From NCBI RefSeq assembly GCF_009914755.1, contig NC_060943.1: a stretch of DNA of 64,000 nucleotides. One strand, written 5' to 3'. Numbering within the stretch: the first letter of the stretch is position 1; each line of letters opens with the position of its first letter. The notes under the pieces are model-generated. The model was given only the letters and a program-made list of their open reading frames with translations, did not search any database and was not told where the DNA came from. The stretch is from the human T2T-CHM13v2.0 reference genome, Homo sapiens. Shown in pieces: positions 1 through 16,290 of this stretch. The translations under genes and the position numbers were made by a program.

Positions 1-1299
1 TAAAAATACGATATAAAAAATAAGGCCGGACACAGTGGTGCACACCTTTAATCCCAGCACTTTGGGAGTCCAAGACAGGCAGATCATGAGGTCAGGAGTT
101 CGAGACCAGCCTAACCAACATGGTGAAACCCCGTCTCAAATAAAAATACAAAAATTAGCTGGGTGTGGTGGTGCATCCTGAAGTCCCAGCAACTCAGGAG
201 GCTGAGGCAGAAGAATTGCTTGAAACTGGGAGATGGAGGTTGCAGTGAGCCGAGATCATTCCATTGCACTCCACCTTTGGGGACTGAGCGAGACTCCATC
301 TTAAAATAAGTAAATAAATAGATAGAGAGATACATATATACATACATACGGTGACCCATGCCTATCACTCAGGCTCTTTGGGAGGCTAAAGCAGGGATTA
401 GTTGAGCTCAGGAGTTTGAGGCTGCTGTAAACTCTGAATTGTACCATTGTACTCCAGAACTAAGCCACAGAGCGACACCTTCTCTCTCTCTCTCTCTTTT
501 CTTTTGAGACAGAGTCTCACTCTGTCTCCCAGGCTGGAGTGCAGTGGCATAATTTCGGCATACAGTAACCTCCACGTCCTGGGTTTAAGTGATTATCCTG
601 CCTCAGCCTCCTGAGTAGATGAGATTACAGGCATGCACCACCACCCCAAGCTAATTTTTGTACTTTTAGTAGAGGTGGGGTTTCACCATGTTGGCCAGGC
701 TGGTCTCGAACTCTTGACCTCAAGTGGTCTTCCTGCCTTGGCCTCACAAATTGCTGGTATTACAGGTGTGAGCACCTGAACCAACATCCTGTCTCTTAAA
801 AAAAAAAAAAGTTTGGAATCACAGACATCTTGATCTACTAGTGTGGCTTCAAATGCATTACCAAATCAGATACAAAATACCTCCCCTTATTTGTCTCCTT
901 TTCCAGAATTTACTAGATATCTGTGTACACTAACATATGTATTTCATATGTAGTTTCTCTGATCTGGTCCACAAAGAGCTGACATCCAGATGTGGCCCCT
1001 GAACAATCCAGCCTGCCCAGCAGCACTGACATCAATGGGCCCACACCCCATGTTTATCCATGTCTAGGTGTGAGCCCTTCCCAGGACCATGCCCAGTGGA
1101 GCTTCTTCCCAAGTTCACATCACTGGGTCACAGGAGATGGAATCTCGGAGCAGCTGAGAGGAACTAAGGGCAGGCATGGCTGAGTGTGAGTGAACGTGTC
1201 AGGCAAAATTCTTCAAACTCAGAAAAGACTGGCTGCTACAATACCTGGCATTTCAGAAAGGAAAGAGACAGATTAATCCACAGAGGAATATCACTTCAC

Positions 1300-1362
1300 C
1301 TGAGGAAGAGCCATGCCTGGCTCCTTTCCTTTCCTCTTCTGAGCTGCTTCTTCACATAACAT
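1300..1362 (-). CDS. ZNF600: First coding exon of a KRAB-ZNF gene (exon 1300-1381), encodes MLCEEAAQKRKGKEPGMALPQ; KRAB and finger exons lie left of the window
   Basis: Minus strand: acceptor tacag|GATTGATT at 1381, ATG at 1362, 63-nt in-frame CDS, donor CAG|gtgaag at 1300. Gene name from the recalled N-terminus and the gene order ZNF600-ZNF28-ZNF468. Confidence 0.8.
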
Positions 1363-2061
1363 GAGTCTTTAGGAATCAATCCTGTATGTGAAAAAAAATG
1401 AGACTTCTTGTTAGAAATGACTCACTCCCATCCTGTGACAAAACCACATGAACAGGGGAGACCTCACCCAGCAGAAAGAAGTCCCCCACCGCCCACTGCA
1501 CCAGAGATCATGCAGAGATAAGAAAGTCCCACAGGACGACCTATAAGTGTGTTTGACCCCGGTCTTCAGATCTCACTCCCCTCCTGGAGAAGCCCCCACA
1601 CACTAGGCAGCAGTGGGGAGCTGGGCTGGACTGATCTCCCCTTCAGGGCACAAACCCATCCTTCATCAATCCCCATCCAGAGGACAGCCCCTCACCTCTC
1701 TGTGGATCACAGGCTGAGCTCAGCCCTCAGAAATGCAGGACAAAGATGCTCAATGCTGCACACAGATGACAAGCACCTGCGCCACTGCAGGTATTACTGA
1801 GGGTGGGTTCCATCCCATCAGAATAAGAATCCCTGCTAAAGCAGCACAAAAGCTCTATTTGAAAAATGCCTCTAGACTCTAATGTGAAGCCAGGGTTGAG
1901 CTCCACTCAGAGGGGGCGAGCCCAGCACAGCCCCACGTTCTGGCTCTGCCCTCCCCTTGGGGCCTTGTTCTCACCAGCATCCAGAGAGTGGATGACAAAG
2001 GCACAAAAATAATCACACAGAACAGGCAACGTGGACCAGAGGTGGGGTGAATGATGGGCTG

Positions 2062-2750
<689 letters not shown>

Positions 2751-2994
2751 GCTGCAGTGTCAAATGAGGGCTGTGGGAGATCACAAAGGAAACCCGGAGA
2801 AGATGATATCAGAACAAGGACCTAGGAAAGAAAGGCTGCTTGTCACTTGCAGCTGAGGGGAAGAGAGTCCTAGAGAGAGGGACAGCTCAAGTGAGGGCCC
2901 TGAGACAGGAGCAACCTCAGCCCCAGGAAGAGGAAAGCGACCAGTGGGGCTGGAACAGTGGAAGAGAGGAGGGCACAGGTAGGAGATGAGGTCA

Positions 2995-3246
<252 letters not shown>

Positions 3247-3977
3247 TCACTCTTTTCACGTATACATCTAAGTTTCTCTTTATATTATAAATTACAACAC
3301 TTACAAATAAAGTAATTTATTTCACAAATTTAAAATACATGCTGTCAAGTTCGGCCGTTTCCGGAAGTACGTAGTCACCCTCATCTGAGATGTGCAGACT
3401 GCAAGGAAATGTGTTTGGGGGTTTAGAAAGCCACTCGTGGACACCTGAAGGTGGGGATGCCTGTTTGATGACCCAGGAGACAGCTGAGGAGACAACTGGA
3501 CACAGGATTGTAGAGCTCAGGGGCGAGGCCTGCAGGGGACATGGAGTCATGTAGGTGGGTTAAAGCTGTGAGATGATAAGGTTCAAGGTGACTTGAGTCT
3601 AATTACCCCGTTTTTGTTCATCTTGTGCTTCTTTTTTTTTTTTTTTAATATTTGGAGAACTGGAATTCATTTAAAATTCGAGTTAAAACTGAGCACTACC
3701 CTCTCCCAGAAGAAAAGTCACACACTGTATTTTGTCAGTCATTTCAGGGGTCAGTGTCACTGACTGAGCTTTTCCGGTCTTATTCCTCACCTCTATGTTA
3801 CAGGTGGGCTCACTGAGGCTCACAGTGGGAGACATTTCACCAAGTTATTCTGAGATGTTCTGAGGTGAGGAGGAAGGACGTGTGGCTGATTCCCATGTGA
3901 TTGCCTGGAAGGCCCAATAGGCTGCCTTGGTCTTCCTCCTGTAGAAAATTCCAAGACCAGCCAGGATTGGTGGCTCA

Positions 3978-4229
<252 letters not shown>

Positions 4230-4273
4230 CTATCTTAAAAAAAAAAAAAACAGCGGTCAGGCAAGGTGGCTCA

Positions 4274-4552
<279 letters not shown>

Positions 4553-5708
4553 TTAGCCAGGCCTCGTGGGGCGTGCCTGTGGTCCCAGCTACTCCGGAGG
4601 CTGAGGTGGGAAAATCACTTGAGCCCAGGAGGTTGCCGCTGCACTGAGCTGTGATCCTGCCACTGCACTCCAGCCTGGACAGCAGTAAGAGTGTCTCAAA
4701 AAAATAAAAATTAAAGGCTGGACGCAGCAGCTCATGCCTGTAATCACAGCACCTTGGGAAGCTGAGGCGGGAGGATCACCTGAGGTCAGGAGTTCAAGAC
4801 CAGCCTGACCAAGATGGAGAAACCCCGTTTCTACTGAAAATACAAAATTAGCCGGCCATGGTGGTGCGTGCCTGTAATCATAACTACTCAGGAGGCTGAG
4901 GCAGGAGAATCACTTGAACCCCAGAGGCGAAGTTTGTGATGAGCCAACATCACGCCATTGCACTTCAGCCTGGGCAACAAGAGCAAAACTGCATCCAAAA
5001 AAAAAAAACCGACAACAGCAAAAATAAGTAAATTTAAAGTAAAATTAAAAAATAACAACTAATGAGGCCCAGTGTGATGGCTCACGCCTGTAATCCCAAC
5101 ACTTCGGGAGGCCGAGGCGGGTGGATTACGAGGTCATGAATTCAAGACCAGCCTGGCCAAGATGGTGAAACCCTGTCTCTACTAAAAATACAAAAATCGA
5201 CAGGACAGGTGTGGTGGCGGCTGGCTGTAATCCCAGCTGCTCGGGAGGCTGAGACAGAGCATTGCTTGAACCCGAGAGCCGGAGGTTGCAGTGAGTAAAG
5301 ATCGCTCCACTGCACTCCAGCCTGCATGACAGAGAAAGACTCCATCTCAAAAATAAAAAATAAATAAATAAATAATCACACAAAAAACCAACTAAACTAA
5401 TGAAGAGAGGAACTAGAAAAAAAAAATTACAAAAAGAGAACAAAAGCACTTTTAATATTCCTTTCATCACGTTCCATATAGTAACAGAGTCAGTCACTTC
5501 TTACCCTACTTCTCTCCCCCACTCCCGACCCCAGCCATGAAAAGGGAAGAGGGTGATCCACAAGGAATGAGTCAAGTCACTGTCCTCTGGCTGAAGAGGG
5601 GTTGCAGAGGGAAGCTGCCTCTGACGCCATCATTATAAAATGCACCACACTTAGACACAGGAGTTTGGCAACTCTCATTCTCATCTGTATAATTTAAACT
5701 AATTTTAA

Positions 5709-6039
<331 letters not shown>

Positions 6040-6056
6040 TAGCCAGGACGGTCTCA

Positions 6057-6146
<90 letters not shown>

Positions 6147-6156
6147 CTATACATAG

Positions 6157-6387
<231 letters not shown>

Positions 6388-7720
6388 TAATCCAAAATTA
6401 GCAGGGCGTGGTGGCGCATGCCAGTAATCCCAGCTACTCGGGGGAAGTATCACAAGAGAATCGCTTCAACCCTAAAGGCAGAGATAGTCATTAGCCAAGA
6501 TCGTGCCAGTGCACGCCAGCTTGGGCAAAAAGAGCAAAACTCCACCTCAAAAAAAAATAATAATAATAATTAGTAGGTAGGCCCGGCATGGCGGCTCATC
6601 CCTGTAATCCCAGTACTTTGCAAGGCCAAGACAGGAGGAAACTTTGAGCCCAGGATCTTGAGACCAGCCTGGGAAACATACTGAAACCCTGTTTCTACAA
6701 AAAAACAAACAAACAAAGAAAAAAAACAACTAGCTGGGCTTGGTGTCTCACACCTGTGGTCTCAGCTACTAGAGAGACTGAGGGAGGAGGATCGCTTGAG
6801 CCTAGGAGGTCGAGGCTGCAGTTAGAGTAGATAACTCTATTGTAATCCAGCCTGGGTGACAGAGCCAGACCCTGTCTCAAAATATAAACTAATTAATAAA
6901 TTAAAAGTATTATGTAATAAGAGAAAGTGATTTTTTTTCCCCCACATCACTGTCCCACTTCCTACCCCACCCTGGGAAAAGGGAAGAGACTGACTCACAA
7001 CTGAATAACTGGGATTCCAAGTAGAAGCTAACCTCTGATACCAAAATTTATAGAATGTACATGTCTCATAGACAGGAGTTTTAAAATTCTAAATCTCATC
7101 TGTATAATTTAAACAAGGTATTAGATGATATACACAGAAGTCAACATGTCACAACTAATCATATCCAATGAACTCACCCACTTATCTGTACCCAAAGTCC
7201 CCCACCCTTTTTTTCTTTTGAGACAGGGTCTTGCTCTTTTGACCAGGCTGGAGTACAGTGGCATGATCTCTGCTCACAGCAGCCTGGAGCTCCTGGGCTC
7301 AAGTGATCCTCCTGCTTCGGCCTAGAGAAGCTGAAACTGCAGGTGCACACTATCACACCCGGTTAAATTTTTTTTTTCCTTTTTTGACAGAGATGGGGGG
7401 AGCCTCACTATTTTGCCCAGGCTGGTCTTGAACTCCTAGACTCAAGCAATCCCTTTGCCTCAGTCTCCTAAAGTGCTGAGATTACAGGCATGAGCCACTG
7501 CGCCCAGCCCCTCTTTCTTCATTACTGTGCTTCCCTCCCTAATTCTGTGCATATCTCTCATTCTCCCCTTCTCTCTCTAGCTCTTGTTTTCTTTTCTTTT
7601 TCCCTGGGATTGTGCTCCTCATTTTGTACCCCTCTCCTCTCCTGCTGTTTATCCCCTTCTTCCCTCTATTACTTCTCTTCCACCTCTTCTGCTCCATTCT
7701 CACAGCTTATTTAACCTCTT

Positions 7721-8021
7721 TTTTTTTTTTCCTTTTTGAGATGGAGTTTCACTCTTGTTGTGCAGGCTGGAGTGCACCGGTGCGATCTTGGCTCTCACCG
7801 CAACCTCTGCCTCCCAGGTTCAAAGGTTTCTCCTGCCTCAGCCTCCCTAGTAGCTGGGATTACAGGCATGTGCAACCGCTCCCAGCTAATTTTATATTTT
7901 TAATAGAGACGGGGTTTCTCCCTGTTGATCAGGCTGGTCTCGAACTCCGGACCTCAGGTGATCCACCCTCCTCAGCCTCCCAAAATGCTGGGATTACAGG
8001 CATGACCCACAGCGCCCGGTC
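7721..8021 (-). mobile_element. AluSp-like element in ZNF600 intron 1
   Basis: Full-length antisense Alu with Sp/Sq-type diagnostics (tcttgttg, ctcaccgcaac, ggtttctcc); 15-bp TSD CTTATTTAACCTCTT at 7706-7720 and 8022-8036. Confidence 0.8.
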
Positions 8022-9202
8022 CTTATTTAACCTCTTGTTGTTCTTTCTCCCCAATCTTTCAATCGTCCTCAATGTCTATATATTACAGCCTCCTCTCTTA
8101 TCTCTCCGTCTCCTCTGCTCTCCCTATTAAATTCTCTCTTCCCTGTTATACCCCTCTGTCCCCACTCTCCAGCACCTCAGATCCCCAGGTGTCCTCCCTG
8201 CTGTGGTTCTCCATCTGTTCTTGCCACCAGCACCACTCTGCTCTGTCTGCCCTGGCTCCAAATCCCTCCTCCTCTCCCTCACTCTGGTGAGCCTCCCTCT
8301 TTGCTGCCCCTCTCCCTACCTTGCTGTCCTTCATCTTTCTGTACATCTAGCTTTTCTCTACATTTCTCCAGTTGCTTTTCTCCTCCTGCTTTCCTAGTTT
8401 TTTTTCTTTCACTTTTGCTGTCTCTTGGCAAATTCCTAACCCATCCTCTACTTTGCCATCTGTTATGGGCCTTTCTCATTCTTCTTTTCTCTGTCTCTGG
8501 TTTTCTACTGCTCTCTCAGTCCCTCTCTCTATCTCCTGATCCCTTTGGCCCAGGCGGGTTTGGAGTAATCACAGGCGGGTTTGGAGTAAGACGCCTGCAT
8601 CCCGTAGAAGCGCATTTTCCAGGGGGTGGAGCTGGACAGGAAAGAACACCTGGTATCATAGGACAAGCCCCTGCGACCCCCCCAACCCTGGCTCAGGGGA
8701 AGCGAAGACTTGGGGAGCAGCAGGGCCCGGCACCAGGAGGGACGTGGTGGGCGACGGCACCCTAAGACAAAGGTGGGACCTGCAGGATCCCAGGACCAGG
8801 CAGAGGACGCAGCCTCCCCGGGGCTGGGGCCGGGGCGCCGCGCTCCAGGTGCCAACTGGGGCGAGGCTGGGAGGCGCCCAGGGCTGGAATCCACCTCGCG
8901 GGTGAGGACTTTAAAAAGCACGGGGCGGGAATAGTCAGAAAAATGTTTTGAGCAGGAAAAATACGCGATAGGAAGTGTATACATTGCCCTATAGCAGAAA
9001 GACCGGGGACGGGACCAGCCTCCGAGCGACTTCAAACCCAAAAGCAAGCAACTTCCAGACTCTTACCGGGACGTCTCAATTTGCTCTGGGTGAAGGGAAG
9101 ACAGGCGAGAATTTCCAGGTCCGTGGGGATCCCACGTCCCAGGGGCAGAAGCGCCGGGGACCTGGGAAGTGCAGACTTAATCCAAGGCAGAGCGAAACTC
9201 AC

Positions 9203-9430
9203 GCGCCGTGGTAGGACCTTCACTCCACGCGATCCGCTTCCGGGTTTGTGCGCGCAGGACTGAAGCCAGGCCGGGGCAGGTTGGCTGGACCTGGGCGGGG
9301 TAGAGGCGGGGCCCCAGGCGGAGAGACCTTGCCCTTTAGAACCGGCAGAGGGAGGGCCCGGGGCGGGACCTGTGCTTCTCAGCCTCGCACTCAGCGCCTC
9401 TGTTTTTCGAGTTTTTGGAGGCGACAGCGG
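9203..9430 (-). promoter_or_regulatory. ZNF600: CpG-island promoter and non-coding exon 1 (donor at 9203; TSS approximate)
   Basis: CpG-rich from ~8700 to 9430; donor GC|gtgagt; ETS-type CCGGAAGCGG at 9234-9243 (minus); GC boxes at ~9293 and ~9361; paralogous to the ZNF28 promoter at ~44 kb. Confidence 0.8.
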
Positions 9431-9688
9431 CCAGGAAGGCTGAGGCATGATTCAAAAGCCCTGGAATTATCTGGAACGGGAATGCAAACTAGAATGTGAA
9501 ATGCAAAGCCCTGCCAGGGCGGAACATACGATTTCATGCTGATGGCCCACAGAACAGAACAGAAATCCTCTCCCTTTCTATTCTCCATTCACTCAGGAGG
9601 GAGGGTCCACCCCGTGCTCAGCTTCAAAGTGTTCCCTAGGGCCTCCGCCTGGGATGCGGGACGGAGAGCTCAGGCCAGGGAGGAGTGA

Positions 9689-10093
<405 letters not shown>

Positions 10094-10109
10094 TGAGGCG
10101 GGCAGATCA

Positions 10110-10442
<333 letters not shown>

Positions 10443-10802
10443 TCATACATAGATTCTCTGATCTGATCCACAAAGAGCTAAATGTGCATCCAGATGTGGC
10501 CCCTGAACAATCCCTGCTGCCCAATATCACTGACACCTTGGGGTCCACACCCCATCTCCATCCATCTCTGGTGTGAGCCCTTCCCAGGACCATGCCCAGT
10601 GCAGCCTCTTCCCAAGCTCATGTCACTAGGTTATAGAAGATGGAATTTAAGTGAAGATGACAAGGACTGAGAAAAGGCATGGGTTAGTGTGAGCAAACGT
10701 GTGAGGCAGGATGCTTCAGACTCACAGAAGACTGGCTACTACAATACCTGGCATTTCAGAAAGGAAAGAGACAGAAGAATCCACCGAGGAATATTACTCC
10801 AC

Positions 10803-10885
10803 CTGAGGAAGAGCCATCCCTGGCTCCTTTTCTTTGCTCCTCTTGGTGTCTTCCTCACGTAACATGAGTCTTTGGAAAATCAATC
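10803..10885 (-). other. Orphan start-codon exon B (MLREEDTKRSKEKEPGMALPQ), intergenic, upstream of the ZNF600 promoter
   Basis: Acceptor tacag at 10885, ATG at 10865, 63-nt open CDS, donor CAG|gtggag at 10803; flanks are homologous to those of ZNF600/ZNF28 exon 2. Confidence 0.8.
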
Positions 10886-11910
10886 CTGTATGTAAAAAAA
10901 AATACGAGATTTAATTTTTAGAAATCACTCCCTCCTTTCCTGTGACAAAACACACACACAGGGGAGACCTCACCAGGGAGAAAGATGGTTCTCTGCTGCC
11001 CACTGCACCAGAGATTATGTGGAGATAAGAAGGTGCCACAGGAAGACCTACAAGGGCAATTTTGACCTGTTTTGAGGTCTTGCTCCCTCCTGCAAAAGTC
11101 CACACACACGCTGCAGCAGGACACAGATCTTCAGGGCACAGATCTGGCCCTAACCAAACCCCATGCAGAGCACAGCCCCCTCACCTCCCTGTGGATCACA
11201 GGCTGATCTCAGCTCTCAACATGGAGGAAACTGCCTTGATGTTCAATGCTGGAGACAGATGAGAATCACCTGCACCATTGTAGGTATTATTGAGGGTGGG
11301 TCCCATACTGTGATAATAGCAATCTCTGATAAAACAGCATAGAAGCTATATTTGCAAAATGCCTGAAAACCCTAATGTGAAGCCAAGTTTGAGCTCCACT
11401 CAGGGCACCAGCCCCGCAGAGCCCCACCTTCTGGCTCTGCTCTCCGCTTGGGGACTTGTTCCCACCAGGATCCAGTGAACAGCGAAGGAGCAAAAAGGAT
11501 CACACAGAACAGGCAACATGGGCCAGAGATGGGGGTGAAGGTGGGGCTGTCATGTCAAATGGGGGACTGCGGGAGAACACAAAAGTTTTCATAGAAAAAG
11601 TGATGTCAGAACAAAGACTTAGGGAAGAAAGGCTGCTTGTCACTTGCAGCTGAGTGGCCAGAGAGTCCTAGGCAGAGGGACAGCCCAGGTGAAGGCCCTG
11701 AGAAAGGAGCAACCTGAGTCCCAGAAAAAGAAAAGAAGCCTGCATGGTTACAGTAGAGGTAGGGAGGAGGACAGAGGCAGGAGTTGATGTCACAGAGCTC
11801 CTGGGACTCAGATATCTAGGGATGAGGTCTTGAAACATTTTTCTCTCACATCTCAACTCAAAAGAATTTTGGAAATGTATTTTCTCACTCATTTTATGTA
11901 TACATGTAAC

Positions 11911-12012
11911 TTTCTCTTCTATACGTTGTCTCTGTGTCTCTTTCTTTTCAAAGTGTCTCGTTCCACCTGACGAGAAATGCCCACAGGTGTGGAGGGGCAA
12001 CCCACCTCTTCA
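11911..12012 (+). mobile_element. 3'-terminal ~100 nt of a HERV-K(HML-2) LTR (LTR5B-like)
   Basis: TTGTCTCTGTGTC...CCACCTGACGAGAAA...CACAGGTGTGGAGGGGCAACCCACCTCTTCA matches the recalled LTR5 U5 end. Confidence 0.75.
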
Positions 12013-12236
12013 CCAATGCAATCCATCCTGGGCAATGGAGCGAGACTCTATCACAAACAAGTACAGAGTCCAGCCAGGGAGGCTGTCTCACACCTGGAAT
12101 GCCAGCAATTTGGGAGGCCAACATGGGAGGATCCCTTGAGGCCAGGAGATCAAGGCTATGGTGAGGTATGATTGCAGCACTGTACTCCAGCCTGGACAAC
12201 AAAATTAAAAAAAATATGAAAAATACGGCCGTACAC

Positions 12237-12689
12237 TTTAATGAGCATTCGTGTGAAGAGACCACCAAACAGCCTTTGTTTGAGCAACATGGCTGTTTAT
12301 TTCACCTGGGTGCAGGCGGGCTGAGTCCAAAAAGAGAGTCAGTGAAGGGAGATAGGGGTGGGGCCGTTTTATAGGATTTGGGTAGGTAAAGGAAAACTAC
12401 AGTCAAAGGGGGTTTGTTCCCTGGTGGGTAGGAGTGGGGGTCACAAGGTGCTCAGTGGGGGAGCTTTTTGAGCCAGGATGAGCCAGGAGAAGGAATTTCA
12501 CAAGGTAATGTCATCACTTAAGGCAAGGACCGGCCCTTTACACTTCTTTTGTGGTGGAATGTCATCAGTTAAGGTGGGGCAGGGCATATTCACTTCTTTT
12601 GTGATTCTTCAGTTACTTCAGGCCATCTGGGCGTATACGTGCAAGTCACAGGGGATGCGATGGCCTGGCCTGGGCTCAGAGGCCTGACA
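12237..12689 (-). mobile_element. HERV-H solo LTR7 (453 bp)
   Basis: Minus strand begins TGTCAGGCCTCTGAGCCC; TATA-like CCTATAAAA ~12366-12375; AATAAA at 12296-12301; 5-bp TSD tacac/tacat; inserted into an Alu head. Confidence 0.92.
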
Positions 12690-12746
12690 TACATGTGCCC
12701 CACGCCTTTAATTCCAGCACTTTAGGAGGCCAAGAAGGGCAGATCA

Positions 12747-13022
<276 letters not shown>

Positions 13023-13280
13023 TCAAGCTCTTTGGGAGTCTAAAGTCGGAATTACTTGAACCTAGGAGTTTCAGGCTGCTGTAAACTCTAAATTGTGCCT
13101 TTGTACTCTAAAACTAAGCCACAGAGCAACATTATCTCTCTCTCTCTCCTTTTTTTTTTTTTTTTTTTTTTGAGATGGAGTCTTGCTCTGTTGCCCAGCC
13201 TGGAGTGCAGTGGCACAATCTCGGCTTACTGTAACCTCGACTTCCCGGATTCAAGTGACTCTCCTGCCTCAGCCTCCTGA

Positions 13281-13463
<183 letters not shown>

Positions 13464-13963
13464 TAAAAAAAAAAGTTTGAAGTCAGAGACATGTTGATCT
13501 ACTAGTGTGACTTCAAATGCACTACCAAATCAGATACAAACTATCTCCCCTTATAGGTCTCCTTTTCCAGAATTTACCAGATATCTGTGCATATTAAAGT
13601 ATATGTTTCATATGTGGTTTCTCTGATCTCATCCACAAAGAGCTGACATCCAGACATGGCCCCTGAACAATGCAGGCTGTGCAGCAGCACTGACACCACG
13701 GGGCCCACACCCCATGTCCATTGATGTCTGGGTGTGAGCCCTTCCCAGGACCATGCCCAGTGGAGCCTCTTCCCAAGTTCATGTCACTGGCTCACAGGAG
13801 ATGGAATCTCAGAGCAGCTGAGAGGAACTGAGGGCAGGCATGGGTGAGTGCAAGTGAATGTGTCAGACAAGATGCTTCAGACTCAGAAAAGACTGGCTGC
13901 TACAATACCTGGCATTTCAGAAATGAAAGAGACAGATTAATCCAAAGAGGAATATCACTTCAC

Positions 13964-14045
13964 CTGAGGAAGAGCCATGCCTGGCTCCTTTCCTTTCCTC
14001 TTCTGAGTGGCTTCCTCATGCAACATGAGTCCTTAGAAATCAATC
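13964..14045 (-). other. Orphan start-codon exon C (MLHEEATQKRKGKEPGMALPQ), intergenic
   Basis: Acceptor ttcag at 14045, ATG at 14026, 63-nt open CDS, donor CAG|gtgaag at 13964. Confidence 0.82.
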
Positions 14046-14734
14046 CTGAATGTGAAAAAAAAAAAGACTTCATGTCAGAAATGACTCACTCCCTTCCTGT
14101 GACAAAAACACACAAACAAGGGAGACGTCACCCTCTGGAAAGATGGTCCTTTGCTGCCCACTGCACCAGAGATCATGCAGAGATAAGAAAGTCCCACAGG
14201 AAGACCTACAAGTGTATGTTTGACCCTGGTCTTCAGATCTCGCCCCCCTCCTGGAGGAGCCTCCCCCACGAGGCAGCAGTGGGGAGCTGGGCTGGACTGA
14301 TCTCCCCTTCAGGGCACAGACCCATCCCTGATCAAACCCCATCCAGAGGACAGCCCCTCACCTCTCTGTGGATCACAGGCTGAGCTCAGCCCTCAGAAAT
14401 GGAGGACTCAGAGCTTCGATGCTCAATGCTGCACACAGATGACAAGCACCTGCGCCACTGCAGGTATTACTGAGGGTGGGTTCCATCCCGTCAGAATAAG
14501 AATCCCTGCTAAAGCGGCACAAAAGCTCTATTTGAAAAATGCCTCTAGACTCTAATGTGAAGCCAGGGTTGAGCTCCACTCAGAGGGCGTGAGCCCAGCA
14601 CAGCCCCACGTTCAGGCTCTGCCCTCCCCTTGGGGCCTTCTTCTCACCAGGATCCAGACAGTGGATGGCAAAGGAGCAAAAATAATCACACAGAACAGGC
14701 AATGTGGACCAGAGGTAGGGTGAGCGTTGGGCTG

Positions 14735-15838
<1,104 letters not shown>

Positions 15839-16068
15839 GCTGCAATGTCAAATGGGACAGAAAGGCTGCTTATCACTTGCAGCTGAGGGGCTAGAGAGTC
15901 CCAGGCAGAGGGACAGCTCAAGTGAAGGCCCTGGGACAGGAGCAACATCACCCTCCCAACAAAGGAAAGCAGCCCGTGTGGCTGGAGCAGTGGAAGAGAG
16001 AAGGGCACAGGTAGGAGATGAGGTCAGAGAGGTCCTGGGGACAGAGATCCATAGGGTTAAGGACTTCA

Positions 16069-16290
<222 letters not shown>

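Noticed and set aside
8551-8589. 18-nt direct repeat CAGGCGGGTTTGGAGTAA (similar micro-duplications at ~49283 and ~62603)
   Set aside because: Ordinary local slippage duplications with no supportable function.
9481-9510. Two octamer-like ATGCAAA motifs upstream of the ZNF600 promoter
   Set aside because: Both mismatch ATGCAAAT and are absent from the paralogous ZNF28 promoter; chance cannot be excluded.
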